Shown here: positions 1 through 8,975 of the stretch, one piece after another | How the letters are laid out: the number at the start of each line of letters is the position of its first letter | Numbering within the stretch: position 1 is the stretch's first letter | NCBI GenBank assembly: GCA_902614235.1 | Contig: CACMKG010000001.1 | Coordinates: 340,916 to 404,915 of the forward strand | Reading direction: 5' to 3' | DNA from: an uncultured SAR86 cluster bacterium | GTDB lineage: Bacteria > Pseudomonadota > Gammaproteobacteria > Magnimaribacterales > AG-339-G14 | Length of the DNA: 64,000 nucleotides | Program-made: the position numbers and the translations under genes | The notes under the pieces: model-generated | Database searches by the model: none | The model's input: the letters and a program-made list of their open reading frames with translations, nothing else | What the model was told of the DNA's origin: nothing

Positions 1-211
1 CCCAAAGAAGATCATGCAAGTAAACCCTCATCGAATTAAATCTCAATGACTTCGCTAAGCCTAATTCCTTTCTGATTGTTTTTTCATCAAATGTTTCGGT
101 TTGAAACATTTCCAATTGATTTATCGCAGTGCTAGGTAAAAAATTTGATCCGATTAACCATTCTTGTTCAGAGTACCATTCAGTAACTTTTTTTGACGAC
201 CATCGAGTCAT
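1..211 (-). CDS. Glycoside hydrolase-like protein, N-terminal fragment (gene runs off the window start)
   Basis: Not in the ORF track because it is cut by the window edge. Reverse-strand ATG at 209-211. My translation is MTRWSSKKVTEWYSEQEWLIGSNFLPSTAINQLEMFQTETFDEKTIRKELGLAKSLRFNSMRVYLHDLLW, open to position 1. The pattern IGSNF.PS.AINQLEM....TFD....EL......FN..RV.LHDLLW resembles, from memory, N-termini of TIM-barrel GH5-like hydrolases often annotated as 1,4-beta-xylanase. Confidence 0.4.
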   Translation of the reverse strand, partial: MTRWSSKKVTEWYSEQEWLIGSNFLPSTAINQLEMFQTETFDEKTIRKELGLAKSLRFNSMRVYLHDLLW

Positions 212-214
212 AAA

Positions 215-838
215 TTAGCTTGTTTTTAATGCCGTTCCCCAATAATTGTAACCAGCTATTTTAGGAGTATTAGGTAAGTACATTTCTTCCAAATTTAATA
301 TTTCAAATCCAGATTTTTTAATTAGCTCAGGAATATTTCTATTTAAATTGCATCCCCCGGCAATTTTCCCCCATATAAAATTGATTCTGGATTGCCATTT
401 AGCAACTTTTTGTTCTGGAGATAGACCATGTTCACAAAAAAGCAGTTTTCCATTTAGTTTTAAAACTCTGAGAATTTCTTTGTTTGCCTTCATAACTTCG
501 GGAATAGTACACATCGTATAGGTGATTATTACATTATCAAAATAATTATCTGGAAGAGGAATATTTTCAGCACTACATTCGTAAAATTTAATATTAGCAC
601 CTTCATCTTCAGCTACTTTTCTTGCCATGTCACATAGTTCTCTGGAAGGTTCAATAGCATGAAATTCATCTATAACCACCTTATTATAAAAAGGAATATT
701 CAGCCCAGAGCCAACACCAATTTCTAAAATTTTACCTTGAGCGAGAGGCACTATTTTCTCTCTTTGAAGTTTTATAGGTTTAGAGCCACAAGTGCAATTT
801 AGAACCTTAGGAAGAACATATTTTTCATATAAATTCAT
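215..838 (-). CDS. Class I SAM-dependent methyltransferase
   Basis: 207-aa ORF with SAM-binding motif I ILEIGVGSGLN and a downstream acidic residue (AIEPS). Size and layout fit the Methyltransf_11 type. Substrate unknown. Confidence 0.75.
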   Translation of the reverse strand: MNLYEKYVLPKVLNCTCGSKPIKLQREKIVPLAQGKILEIGVGSGLNIPFYNKVVIDEFHAIEPSRELCDMARKVAEDEGANIKFYECSAENIPLPDNYFDNVIITYTMCTIPEVMKANKEILRVLKLNGKLLFCEHGLSPEQKVAKWQSRINFIWGKIAGGCNLNRNIPELIKKSGFEILNLEEMYLPNTPKIAGYNYWGTALKTS

Positions 839-860
839 CTTTTAATCTTATACTAGTTAA

Positions 861-1874
861 ATGAATAAAGCTTCATTGATGATAGACATCGAAGGGTCTT
901 CTCTGAGTCAAGAGGACATTGAGCTAATAGAATCACCTCATGTTGGTGGGCTTATTTTATTTGAGAGAAATTTTCTAGATAGAAGTCAGATAACGGATCT
1001 TTGCTTTGAAATAAAATCAAAGAAGCCTGAGATTATTATTGCTGTTGATCAAGAGGGTGGCAGAGTACAAAGATTTAAAAAAGGTTTTTCACAAATACCT
1101 CCGATGCAAAGACTTGGAGATATGGTAAGCCATGATAAACAGGCTGGCTTGGATTTATGCAAAAATACTGGCTGGTTGGTTGCTTCAGAATTAATAGCAT
1201 CTGGGGTTGATTTAAGTTTTTCTCCTGTTTTAGATTTAGATCAAAATTCAAGTAGTATAATTGGCGATAGAGCGTTTTCTGATCAGATAGATATCGTAAT
1301 AGATTGTGCAAGGGCTTTCATATATGGAATGAATGAAGCAGGAATGGCATGTGTTGGAAAACATTTTCCAGGACACGGATCAATTAGTGAAGATAGTCAC
1401 ATAGAAAAACCTATCGATCAAAGAACCCTTAATGAAATTGAAAACAAAGATTTAATTCCTTTCAAAGAGTTAATAAATAATTTAGATGGAATTATGACAG
1501 CACATATTCTTTTCTCTGAAGTTGATACCAGGATAGCAACTTTCTCTAAAGTTTGGATAAAGCAAATTTTGAAAGAACAAATGAAATTTGAAGGAATGAT
1601 TTTTAGCGATGATCTTTCTATGGAAGGAACAAACGAATTTATAAGTTTTTATGACAAAACTAAGAACGCAATTAATTCTGGTTGTGAAATGATATTAATC
1701 TGTAATAACAGGGAAGGAGTTAAAGATGCTTTAAAATATTTTGAAAATAATAATTTAGAGGCATCAGAAAAAATATTCTCAATGTTAATGGCGAATGATA
1801 TTTCTTGGACTGATTTAGAAAAAAATAAGATCAGAGTGGAAATTTCAACTCAGCTCGAAAATTTAATTCAATAG
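861..1874 (+). CDS. nagZ: Beta-N-acetylhexosaminidase NagZ (GH3, peptidoglycan recycling)
   Basis: 337 aa with the motifs DQEGGRVQRF, KHFPGHG and FSDDLSMEG. The N-terminus LMIDIEGSSL..E.I..P.VGGLILFERNF is collinear with E. coli NagZ. An alternative start exists at Met7 (879). Confidence 0.9.
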   Translation: MNKASLMIDIEGSSLSQEDIELIESPHVGGLILFERNFLDRSQITDLCFEIKSKKPEIIIAVDQEGGRVQRFKKGFSQIPPMQRLGDMVSHDKQAGLDLCKNTGWLVASELIASGVDLSFSPVLDLDQNSSSIIGDRAFSDQIDIVIDCARAFIYGMNEAGMACVGKHFPGHGSISEDSHIEKPIDQRTLNEIENKDLIPFKELINNLDGIMTAHILFSEVDTRIATFSKVWIKQILKEQMKFEGMIFSDDLSMEGTNEFISFYDKTKNAINSGCEMILICNNREGVKDALKYFENNNLEASEKIFSMLMANDISWTDLEKNKIRVEISTQLENLIQ

Positions 1875-1875
1875 A

Positions 1876-1980
1876 TTAAAAATAGGTTGCGCCTATCAAA
1901 TAACCGCTAAAGAAAAAACCAATTGCAAAAAGAGGGTATTCTTTAAAAAACCAGAATATAGAGTTAACGTAATCTTTCAT
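1876..1980 (-). CDS. Possible 34-aa hydrophobic peptide (hypothetical)
   Basis: My own translation of the reverse strand gives MKDYVNSIFWFFKEYPLFAIGFFFSGYLIGATYF*, with one predicted TM helix. It lies in the largest non-coding gap of the window, and its stop is 1 nt from the nagZ stop. There is no obvious SD and the ORF is very short, so it may be chance. Confidence 0.15.
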   Translation of the reverse strand: MKDYVNSIFWFFKEYPLFAIGFFFSGYLIGATYF

Positions 1981-2134
1981 AATTAAATTTTAATAATAAT
2001 TTTCGAGGCGGAATTCAATGCTTGCTAAATCAAAAAATTTAAATTCGACTTAATATGGAGCAAATAGTTGTGAATTTCTTTCTATTTATGCCTAAAAAAC
2101 TAACTTATAATAAAAATAATCTTACTTTGAAATT

Positions 2135-2956
2135 ATGAAAATTTTTGTTATTAGCATGAAATCTTATAAAGAAAGAAGGGAATTTCAAATAAGACAGGCT
2201 AAAAACTTAGAATTAGATATTACTTTTATCGACGCAATCGATGGATCAAGTTTAAGCAATAAAGAATTGCAAGATGCTGCAAATCATTGGACAAGACCTA
2301 TTTTTTCAAAAGATGTTGGTTGTTATTTGTCTCATCGAAAAGCTTGGGAAGAAGTTAGCAAAAGAGATAATAAATGTTTGATCTTAGAAGATGATGTCAT
2401 CATTTCTAAAGAAATAAAAAATGTTATAAATTTAGTTGACAACCTCAAAGATTCTTGGAAAACAGTATATGACTTAGAGTATGCGCCCGGTTATCACGTT
2501 TTAAGTAAACAAACTTTTTATTCGGGGCACGATAATCTATTTAATGTAAGAGAAATATATCGAAATAAAACCGGCTTAGCTGCTTACATCTTAGGGCCTC
2601 AAATTGCCTTAAAAATGTTAGAAGAACTTAAAAATTACGTCATGGTTGATGCTGCTTTTTGGTCAAGATCTTGGGCTCAATATATGCAAGTTGAACCTGC
2701 TCCTGTCATGCAAATCATGCATTTGGGCAAAGAAACAAAACAAGATGAGAATTCTATTAAAGGTGTAAGAAATATAAATTTTATTAATAAGTCTTGGTTT
2801 TCAAGAAAATTTAAAAGGTTACAAATATCTTTCTATGAGTTCCCAAATTTTATTAAAGGATTGATTAAAGGCAATAAAAGAAAACTTATCTTTGATAAAG
2901 ATGAGTTCATTTTAAATTTTGATTTTTTAGATGATAAAAAAGATCAAATTAACTAA
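2135..2956 (+). CDS. Glycosyltransferase family 25-like (LOS/LPS glycosyltransferase)
   Basis: 273 aa. The N-terminus MKIFVISMKSYKERREFQ..Q and overall size resemble GT25 (LgtB/Lic2B-type) enzymes from memory. Sampled lines are lower in G+C than the neighbouring genes. Confidence 0.65.
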   Translation: MKIFVISMKSYKERREFQIRQAKNLELDITFIDAIDGSSLSNKELQDAANHWTRPIFSKDVGCYLSHRKAWEEVSKRDNKCLILEDDVIISKEIKNVINLVDNLKDSWKTVYDLEYAPGYHVLSKQTFYSGHDNLFNVREIYRNKTGLAAYILGPQIALKMLEELKNYVMVDAAFWSRSWAQYMQVEPAPVMQIMHLGKETKQDENSIKGVRNINFINKSWFSRKFKRLQISFYEFPNFIKGLIKGNKRKLIFDKDEFILNFDFLDDKKDQIN

Positions 2957-4331
2957 ATTTTTTAGATATTCTTTTTTTCCCTTCTTCAACCCCAAACTGG
3001 TCAAATGGGTTTATTTCAAGCAGTTGAGAGCTAATAAAAGTTTTGTGCTCCCAAGAACTTATTAAAAAACCTAAATTAAATGGTGTGAGTTTTTTTAGCA
3101 AAAAAAGATTACTTGAAACATTGCTATTTATTTTGTAATTTTGTTTTAAATTTTCCTTAAGAGGAAAATTAAATAATTTATTTTGAGTAAGAGCTTGTAT
3201 TTTTGGCAGCTTATTTGATTCAGATACATCTTTGTCAATTATAAAATCTATAGAAGTTTTTGAAGTTCCTTGATGAAGCATTTGGAAAAAAGAATGTTGC
3301 GCTCTTGGGCCAAAATCGCCGTAAATAGTCTGAGAGGTTTTTGAAAAAATAGACTTAAGATTAGCTTTTTTCCCTAAAGACTCCATTTCTAGCTGTTGAA
3401 GATATTTTGGAAGAGTTCTTATTTTCCACATATAAGAAAGTATTACTCTATTATCAACATCTAAAAAATTTGAATTCCATAACTCTATATAAGCTAGTTT
3501 TTTTATAGATCTTTTGTAGCTATTTTCTGACTTCATGAGAAGGTCAGCTTGATGACCTCCATCTAAAAATGATGAAAAATTCTTTTTTGATTCAAGTATG
3601 GATGTTAGTGAAACTCCAGACCAGATAGAGTATCTTCCTCCAATTTCCTCTTCCAAATTAATGATATTTTTTTCTAAAATCCCTAATTTTTTTGCTTCTT
3701 GAACATTTGATGTGATCCCGTAAAAATTTTCTTTGGTTTTCGAGCTTTTCATTTTCAAAGAAAGCCATTTTTTAGCCAGCTTATAATTATTTATTATTTC
3801 TAACGACTTCATAGATTTTGAGGACAAAATAAAAATAGTTTCTTTTTGATTAAGACCTATTAGTTTTTCCTTAAATTCTTGATTGTCAGATCCGGTAATG
3901 AAAATATGATTGAATTTAAGATTATTTAAATTGTTTAAAGCTTTAGAAAGCAAATTAGGCCCTTCGTAAGAGCCTCCAATCCCTAAAGTAACAATATTTT
4001 TTACAGAGCTTTTTAAAAACTGTTTTTTTATAGCATCAGATTTAATGAAAAGATCTTTGTAAAGGTCGCTATTGGGATCTCTTATTTTCCAATGAAGTGC
4101 TGCTTTCTCTTCAGTAACATTAACTTTTTCTTCATTGAAGAGCTTTGTAATAGAATCTTCAATATTCAAAAGTGAATAAAGATTATCAAATTCTTTATTT
4201 ACTAGATTATTAAAATTGAAAGCAAAAGATTTAATTGAGAGAGCCTTGTTTGAGAAATTGATGACTTCAATTAATTCTTTCTTTTTATTTGATTGAGAAA
4301 CTAGCTTCTCTTTAGTTTTTATAATATTCAA
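2949..4331 (-). CDS. pgi: Glucose-6-phosphate isomerase (short, divergent form)
   Basis: Signatures GIGGSYEGP (cf. GIGGSxLGP), GGRYSIWSGV (cf. GGRYSLWSAIG), LEMESLGK and QHSFFQMLHQGT (cf. QHAFYQLIHQG). 460 aa, similar in length to short-type PGIs. Confidence 0.8.
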   Translation of the reverse strand: MNIIKTKEKLVSQSNKKKELIEVINFSNKALSIKSFAFNFNNLVNKEFDNLYSLLNIEDSITKLFNEEKVNVTEEKAALHWKIRDPNSDLYKDLFIKSDAIKKQFLKSSVKNIVTLGIGGSYEGPNLLSKALNNLNNLKFNHIFITGSDNQEFKEKLIGLNQKETIFILSSKSMKSLEIINNYKLAKKWLSLKMKSSKTKENFYGITSNVQEAKKLGILEKNIINLEEEIGGRYSIWSGVSLTSILESKKNFSSFLDGGHQADLLMKSENSYKRSIKKLAYIELWNSNFLDVDNRVILSYMWKIRTLPKYLQQLEMESLGKKANLKSIFSKTSQTIYGDFGPRAQHSFFQMLHQGTSKTSIDFIIDKDVSESNKLPKIQALTQNKLFNFPLKENLKQNYKINSNVSSNLFLLKKLTPFNLGFLISSWEHKTFISSQLLEINPFDQFGVEEGKKRISKKFS

Positions 4332-4415
4332 AATAAGTCCTAATTATAACTAATTTAATTAAGATATAATTCTTACCAAATTTCTTAATTTTTTTAGTTT
4401 TCCTGAGGAAGTATT

Positions 4416-5120
4416 TTGTTTATGAAAGATAGTAATTTAATTAATGCGGTAAAATTTATAAGACTTGTACCAATCTTATTTTTTGTTTCAGTTTGTATTG
4501 CAATTTTCTTTTATCCAGGAGGAAATATTCATGATTCTACGCAAGAGGGCTATTCCTTTACTCATAATTTTCTGAGTGATTTAGGGGGTTATAAATCTCA
4601 CTCGGGAGAAATAAATTTTCTTTCTTCTTTTTTCTTTGGATTCTCTTTAATCTTATTTTTTTTTGCTGGGATTGCTTTCTTATATATACCTCATCTTTTC
4701 AAAGATAATATTTTGAATTTTAGATTAGCTTTATGCGGCTCAATTTTTTTTGGTCTTGGCTCTATTTTTTTTGCTGGGGTGGGACTTACTCCACATGATT
4801 TATATATGGAAATGCATATTTTCTTTGCTTTAAATGCCTTTAGATTAATGATTCCAGGCTCTCTTTTATTTCTGATAGTTTTATACAGAAGTAAGGTAGA
4901 AAACTATTTTGCTTTTACGATATTTTTTTTAATGATTTCAACATTTGCTTATGTGCTCTATCAAATATATGGTGGAAATCCTCTAGAAAATATAGACAAC
5001 TTGGCTCAACAAGCAACAATCCAAAAATTAATTGTTTTGGTAAATATTCTTTGCGTTTTCATTATATCTTTTGCATTTTCCAATCAATACAAAATATTAA
5101 ATCAAATTAAAGGTCTATAA
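4416..5120 (+). CDS. Hypothetical polytopic membrane protein (DUF998-like?)
   Basis: 234 aa with about six hydrophobic helices. A FLSDLGG motif after the first helix is reminiscent of DUF998. SD GAGGA (4405-4409) lies 6 nt before TTG 4416; ATG 4422 is an alternative start. No function can be assigned. Confidence 0.5.
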   Translation: MFMKDSNLINAVKFIRLVPILFFVSVCIAIFFYPGGNIHDSTQEGYSFTHNFLSDLGGYKSHSGEINFLSSFFFGFSLILFFFAGIAFLYIPHLFKDNILNFRLALCGSIFFGLGSIFFAGVGLTPHDLYMEMHIFFALNAFRLMIPGSLLFLIVLYRSKVENYFAFTIFFLMISTFAYVLYQIYGGNPLENIDNLAQQATIQKLIVLVNILCVFIISFAFSNQYKILNQIKGL

Positions 5121-5127
5121 TTCTGAA

Positions 5128-5661
5128 ATGTTAGGACACAAGGATATATTAAAAATGGGTAACCCAATTTTGAGACAAATTGCTGAACCCTTTACCGATG
5201 AGGAGATTAAATCGGAAGAAACTAAATCTCTCATAAAAAAAATGTGGAAAATAATGGATGAAGCAGGAGGAATAGGACTAGCAGCTCCTCAAATTTCTAT
5301 TTCTAAACAATTAGCTATCATAAAGTTAGATGAATCATCTGAAAGATATCCTGAAATTGAAACTTCTCCTGAATATGTGATGTTTAATCCAAGCATTGAA
5401 TATTTAACAGATGAAAAGCAAGGCAATTGGGAAGGTTGCTTGAGTGTCCCTGGTTTAAGAGGCTATGTCGAAAGACCTAGTCAAATATCTGTAAATTTTA
5501 AAGATGAGAATTTAGAATTTAAAAAATTAAATTTAGAAGGTTTTCTAGCAACTGTATTTCAACATGAGATCGACCATTTATTTGGAAAACTATATGTTGA
5601 TCGAGTCGCGGACAAAGAATTATTAATGTATGAAGATGAATTAAAAAATCTTGAAAACTAG
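5128..5661 (+). CDS. def: Peptide deformylase
   Basis: All three canonical motifs are present: GIGLAAPQI, EGCLSVPG and QHEIDHL. Confidence 0.95.
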   Translation: MLGHKDILKMGNPILRQIAEPFTDEEIKSEETKSLIKKMWKIMDEAGGIGLAAPQISISKQLAIIKLDESSERYPEIETSPEYVMFNPSIEYLTDEKQGNWEGCLSVPGLRGYVERPSQISVNFKDENLEFKKLNLEGFLATVFQHEIDHLFGKLYVDRVADKELLMYEDELKNLEN

Positions 5662-5663
5662 AT

Positions 5664-6158
5664 ATGATATTTTCTAATTTTGATAAAAAAATGATGAGTC
5701 TTGCGATCGAACAGGCATTAATTTCAAAATCTAAAGACGAAGTTCCAATTGGTTCTGTTTTGACTAAAAAAGAAACTATTCTTAGCAAAGGACATAACTT
5801 GTCTATTGAAATGAACGATCCAACTGCTCATGCAGAAATACTTGCAATTAGAAGCGCTTGTGATGTTGAAGAAAATTATCGTCTTTTGGACTCTACAATG
5901 TACACGACTTTGGAACCGTGTTTAATGTGTTTTGGAGCAATTATTAATTCTAGAGTCAAGAGATTAGTAATTGGAGCGCTAGATCAAGACGGCGGGGCAC
6001 CGATTAGTAACAAAGCACTTCTCAATCAATTAAAACTTAATCATAAAATTGAAGTTGAAACAGGACTGTATTCTGATGAATGCTCTGAGATATTAAAGAA
6101 TTTTTTTAAAGAAAAGAGATCAAAAAGAAAAGTCGGTCCAAACAGGAGCATGATCTGA
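5664..6158 (+). CDS. tadA: tRNA adenosine(34) deaminase
   Basis: Deaminase zinc motifs HAEILAIR and TLEPCLMCFGAI; 164 aa. The basic C-terminal tail overlaps the xthA 3' end by 39 nt. Confidence 0.9.
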   Translation: MIFSNFDKKMMSLAIEQALISKSKDEVPIGSVLTKKETILSKGHNLSIEMNDPTAHAEILAIRSACDVEENYRLLDSTMYTTLEPCLMCFGAIINSRVKRLVIGALDQDGGAPISNKALLNQLKLNHKIEVETGLYSDECSEILKNFFKEKRSKRKVGPNRSMI

Positions 6159-6932
6159 AGGTTTTTCCATGCCTCTAATTTTATAATCTATTCCAACATC
6201 TTTTATTTTCTTAATCAGCGGTTTAGTTATCCAGAGATGATCTATTCTTAATCCTCTTTTAGGGTTGTCATCAAAGCCTTTACTTCGGTAGTCAAACCAA
6301 CTGAATAAATCGTCAGAAGTTGGATTTACTTGTCTATAGCTGTCTTGAAAACCCCAATCTATTATTTTTTGTAACCATTCTCTCTCTTCAGGAAGAAAGC
6401 TGCATTTTCCAGTCTGCAACCATCTTTTTCTATTATTTTCTCCAATACCAATGTCTTTGTCTTCAGGAGAAATATTTAAATCACCTAAAATAATGATATT
6501 TTGATTTTTAGTAAAATTTTCATCTAAATGCTTCATTAGATCTGCAAAAAATTTTTTTTTGTAGGGGAATTTAGTTGGATGATCGCGGCTTTCTCCTTGA
6601 GGAAAATATCCATTGATGCAAGTTAATTCTTCCTTTTTTAATTTATGAGTGCTTGTTATTAATCTACATTGAGCATCTTCCGGATCATTTTTAAAACCTA
6701 AAGATGAAGAAACTAATTCCCCCTTGTAAAATGTTGCAACTCCATAATGACCCTTTTGACCATTTATGATAATTTCATATCCAAGATCTTTTAATGCATC
6801 AAAAGGAAAATCATCATTATGAACTTTTGTTTCTTGGAAACAAATAATATCTGGATTTTGAGAATTAACCAAAGCTTCAAGTTGATGAAACCTTGCTCTT
6901 ATTCCATTCACATTGAAAGAAACGACTTTCAT
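6120..6932 (-). CDS. xthA: Exodeoxyribonuclease III
   Basis: N-terminus MKVVSFNVNGIRAR, then CFQETK, and C-terminus PSDHAPVWTDF as in E. coli XthA. Confidence 0.95.
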   Translation of the reverse strand: MKVVSFNVNGIRARFHQLEALVNSQNPDIICFQETKVHNDDFPFDALKDLGYEIIINGQKGHYGVATFYKGELVSSSLGFKNDPEDAQCRLITSTHKLKKEELTCINGYFPQGESRDHPTKFPYKKKFFADLMKHLDENFTKNQNIIILGDLNISPEDKDIGIGENNRKRWLQTGKCSFLPEEREWLQKIIDWGFQDSYRQVNPTSDDLFSWFDYRSKGFDDNPKRGLRIDHLWITKPLIKKIKDVGIDYKIRGMEKPSDHAPVWTDFSF

Positions 6933-6933
6933 A

Positions 6934-8967
6934 TTATCTTCGATAAGAAATTCTTGAAGATTGTTCCATCAGGATTTGATCAATTAAAATTTCTGCAGCT
7001 TCTTGTAAAATAATTTCATCTTTTTTATCTGAAATTTCTTCACCGTCCGAGTTAGCAAATTCTTCATAAGATTCAAAAATGTCCAAATCCAAAGATCCTC
7101 TGAGTTCATTTTCAATTGCAAGTCTTTTCATTTCATTCTTTGTTTTTATATCTTTTCTCGTTGTTAAGTTTACTGGAAGTAAATTTTTGTTATTTTCATC
7201 TTCAATAAGTTGTTTAGTTTCTTTGACGTATGAATTCATAAAACTATCTTTAATTCTATTATTTGAATATCTTTTAATAGACTCTAAATTGGTTAGATTT
7301 TCAAAAGTTTCATAATATACAGGCGATATGTCGTTATAAGGTAGAGCATTTTCATAGGACATTTCACCTATTTCCTGATTTGAATATACATATGGTAATT
7401 CAATATCAGGTATCACGCCTTTATGCTGGGTACTTTGACCAGAGACTCTATAAAATTTTTGCTCAGTAAACTTAATTTGCCCATAGCTTAAATTTTCCAT
7501 TCTTTGAACAGTTCCCTTTCCAAAAGTTTGAGCTCCTATAACTAATCCTCTTTGGTAGTCTTGGATAGCACCGGCTAAAATTTCTGAAGCTGAAGCACTT
7601 AACTTATCAACTAGAATCGCTATTGGACCAATATAATTTTGTCTTCCCATTGTATGCCCCAAAGGTTGAATAGAACCATTTGATTCCATAACTTGTACTA
7701 CATTACCTCTTCCGATAAATAGTTTAGCAAGCGAATATGCTTCGAATAATGATCCGCCACCATTACCTCTTAAATCTAGAATTATTCCATCAGAATTATT
7801 TTTATCTAGTTCTCTAAGCAGGGTTCTTACATCTTTGGAGCTGCTTTTATAGTTATATCTATTTTTTTTGTATGCATCAAAATCCATGTAAAACGCTGGA
7901 AGTTCAATTATTCCAATATTAAATAATTTACCCGATCTTTTTATTTCTATTTCTCTTTTTTTTGCTGCCTGATCTTCGAGTTTTACAACATCTCTGGTTA
8001 TCTCAATTAATTTTCCAATTTCATCATCTTCCATAGAGGCAGAAAGAACTTCCAGTCTAACTTTTGTGCCCTTAGGCCCTCTTATTAAATTCACTACTTC
8101 ATCTATTCTCCAATCCCTAACATCTTGAATTTCCTCTGATAACTTTGACGCTACTCCAACAATCTTGTCTGAGACTTTTATTAATCCAGATTTTTCTGCT
8201 GGACCACCTGGAATTAACCTCACTATTTCGGTTATCCCATCATCTATAGTTAAAATTGCTCCTATACCTTCAAGAGACAAATACATATTTATTTCAAAAT
8301 CTTCCTGACTTTTTGGAGTTAGATAATTTGTATGCGGATCATAGAAACTTGTAAAACTATTCACAAACATACTGAAAATATCATCGTTCGATATTCTATT
8401 AAGACTCTTTTCTCTATTAACAAGTCTTTTTAACAATTTTTCTTTTGATTTGGAGAGATCTTTTTCTTTTAGTAAAATAGAAATTAGTTCGCTTTTGGCT
8501 TCCTTAATTTGATACTCTATAAGCTGGTCTTCACTATCAAATCTATTTTCATCCTCTCTATCTTTAAATATGAAGTGTTGCGTTTCAAGTTGATTTTCTG
8601 AAGTAATATTTAAAATTGCTTCCTTTTGAATTTCGAAGTAATTAAAAGATTTTTCTTTAAATTTTTTAAAGACCTCAAATGCAAATTCAACTTGGTGTTC
8701 TTTGTTAAAGTTTGTTTGTTTAGAAAGTTCATTAAAGTTTGTGAGAGTAAAAACCATTTTTTGACTATCTATAGAGTTAAGAAACTTTTCTTTGATTTGA
8801 TTTGAAGAAATAGTTACATTCTTTTTAAAATGATTTTCTTCTAAAATATTCTCTACTTCATATAAGACGTTAATATATTTTTCATTGCTAACTTTGTCAG
8901 ATGAAAATAAAGTTGATCCAAAAAGTAGAACAGAAATAAATACGAAGTGTTTAATACTAAAATTCAC
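6934..8967 (-). CDS. prc: Tail-specific (C-terminal processing) protease, S41 family
   Basis: 677 aa with a signal peptide and a PDZ-like region. The S41 catalytic block is LVDKLSASASEILAGAIQDY..GAQTFGKGTVQ (Ser/Lys dyad). Confidence 0.9.
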   Translation of the reverse strand: MNFSIKHFVFISVLLFGSTLFSSDKVSNEKYINVLYEVENILEENHFKKNVTISSNQIKEKFLNSIDSQKMVFTLTNFNELSKQTNFNKEHQVEFAFEVFKKFKEKSFNYFEIQKEAILNITSENQLETQHFIFKDREDENRFDSEDQLIEYQIKEAKSELISILLKEKDLSKSKEKLLKRLVNREKSLNRISNDDIFSMFVNSFTSFYDPHTNYLTPKSQEDFEINMYLSLEGIGAILTIDDGITEIVRLIPGGPAEKSGLIKVSDKIVGVASKLSEEIQDVRDWRIDEVVNLIRGPKGTKVRLEVLSASMEDDEIGKLIEITRDVVKLEDQAAKKREIEIKRSGKLFNIGIIELPAFYMDFDAYKKNRYNYKSSSKDVRTLLRELDKNNSDGIILDLRGNGGGSLFEAYSLAKLFIGRGNVVQVMESNGSIQPLGHTMGRQNYIGPIAILVDKLSASASEILAGAIQDYQRGLVIGAQTFGKGTVQRMENLSYGQIKFTEQKFYRVSGQSTQHKGVIPDIELPYVYSNQEIGEMSYENALPYNDISPVYYETFENLTNLESIKRYSNNRIKDSFMNSYVKETKQLIEDENNKNLLPVNLTTRKDIKTKNEMKRLAIENELRGSLDLDIFESYEEFANSDGEEISDKKDEIILQEAAEILIDQILMEQSSRISYRR

Positions 8968-8975
8968 TGTTTTTT

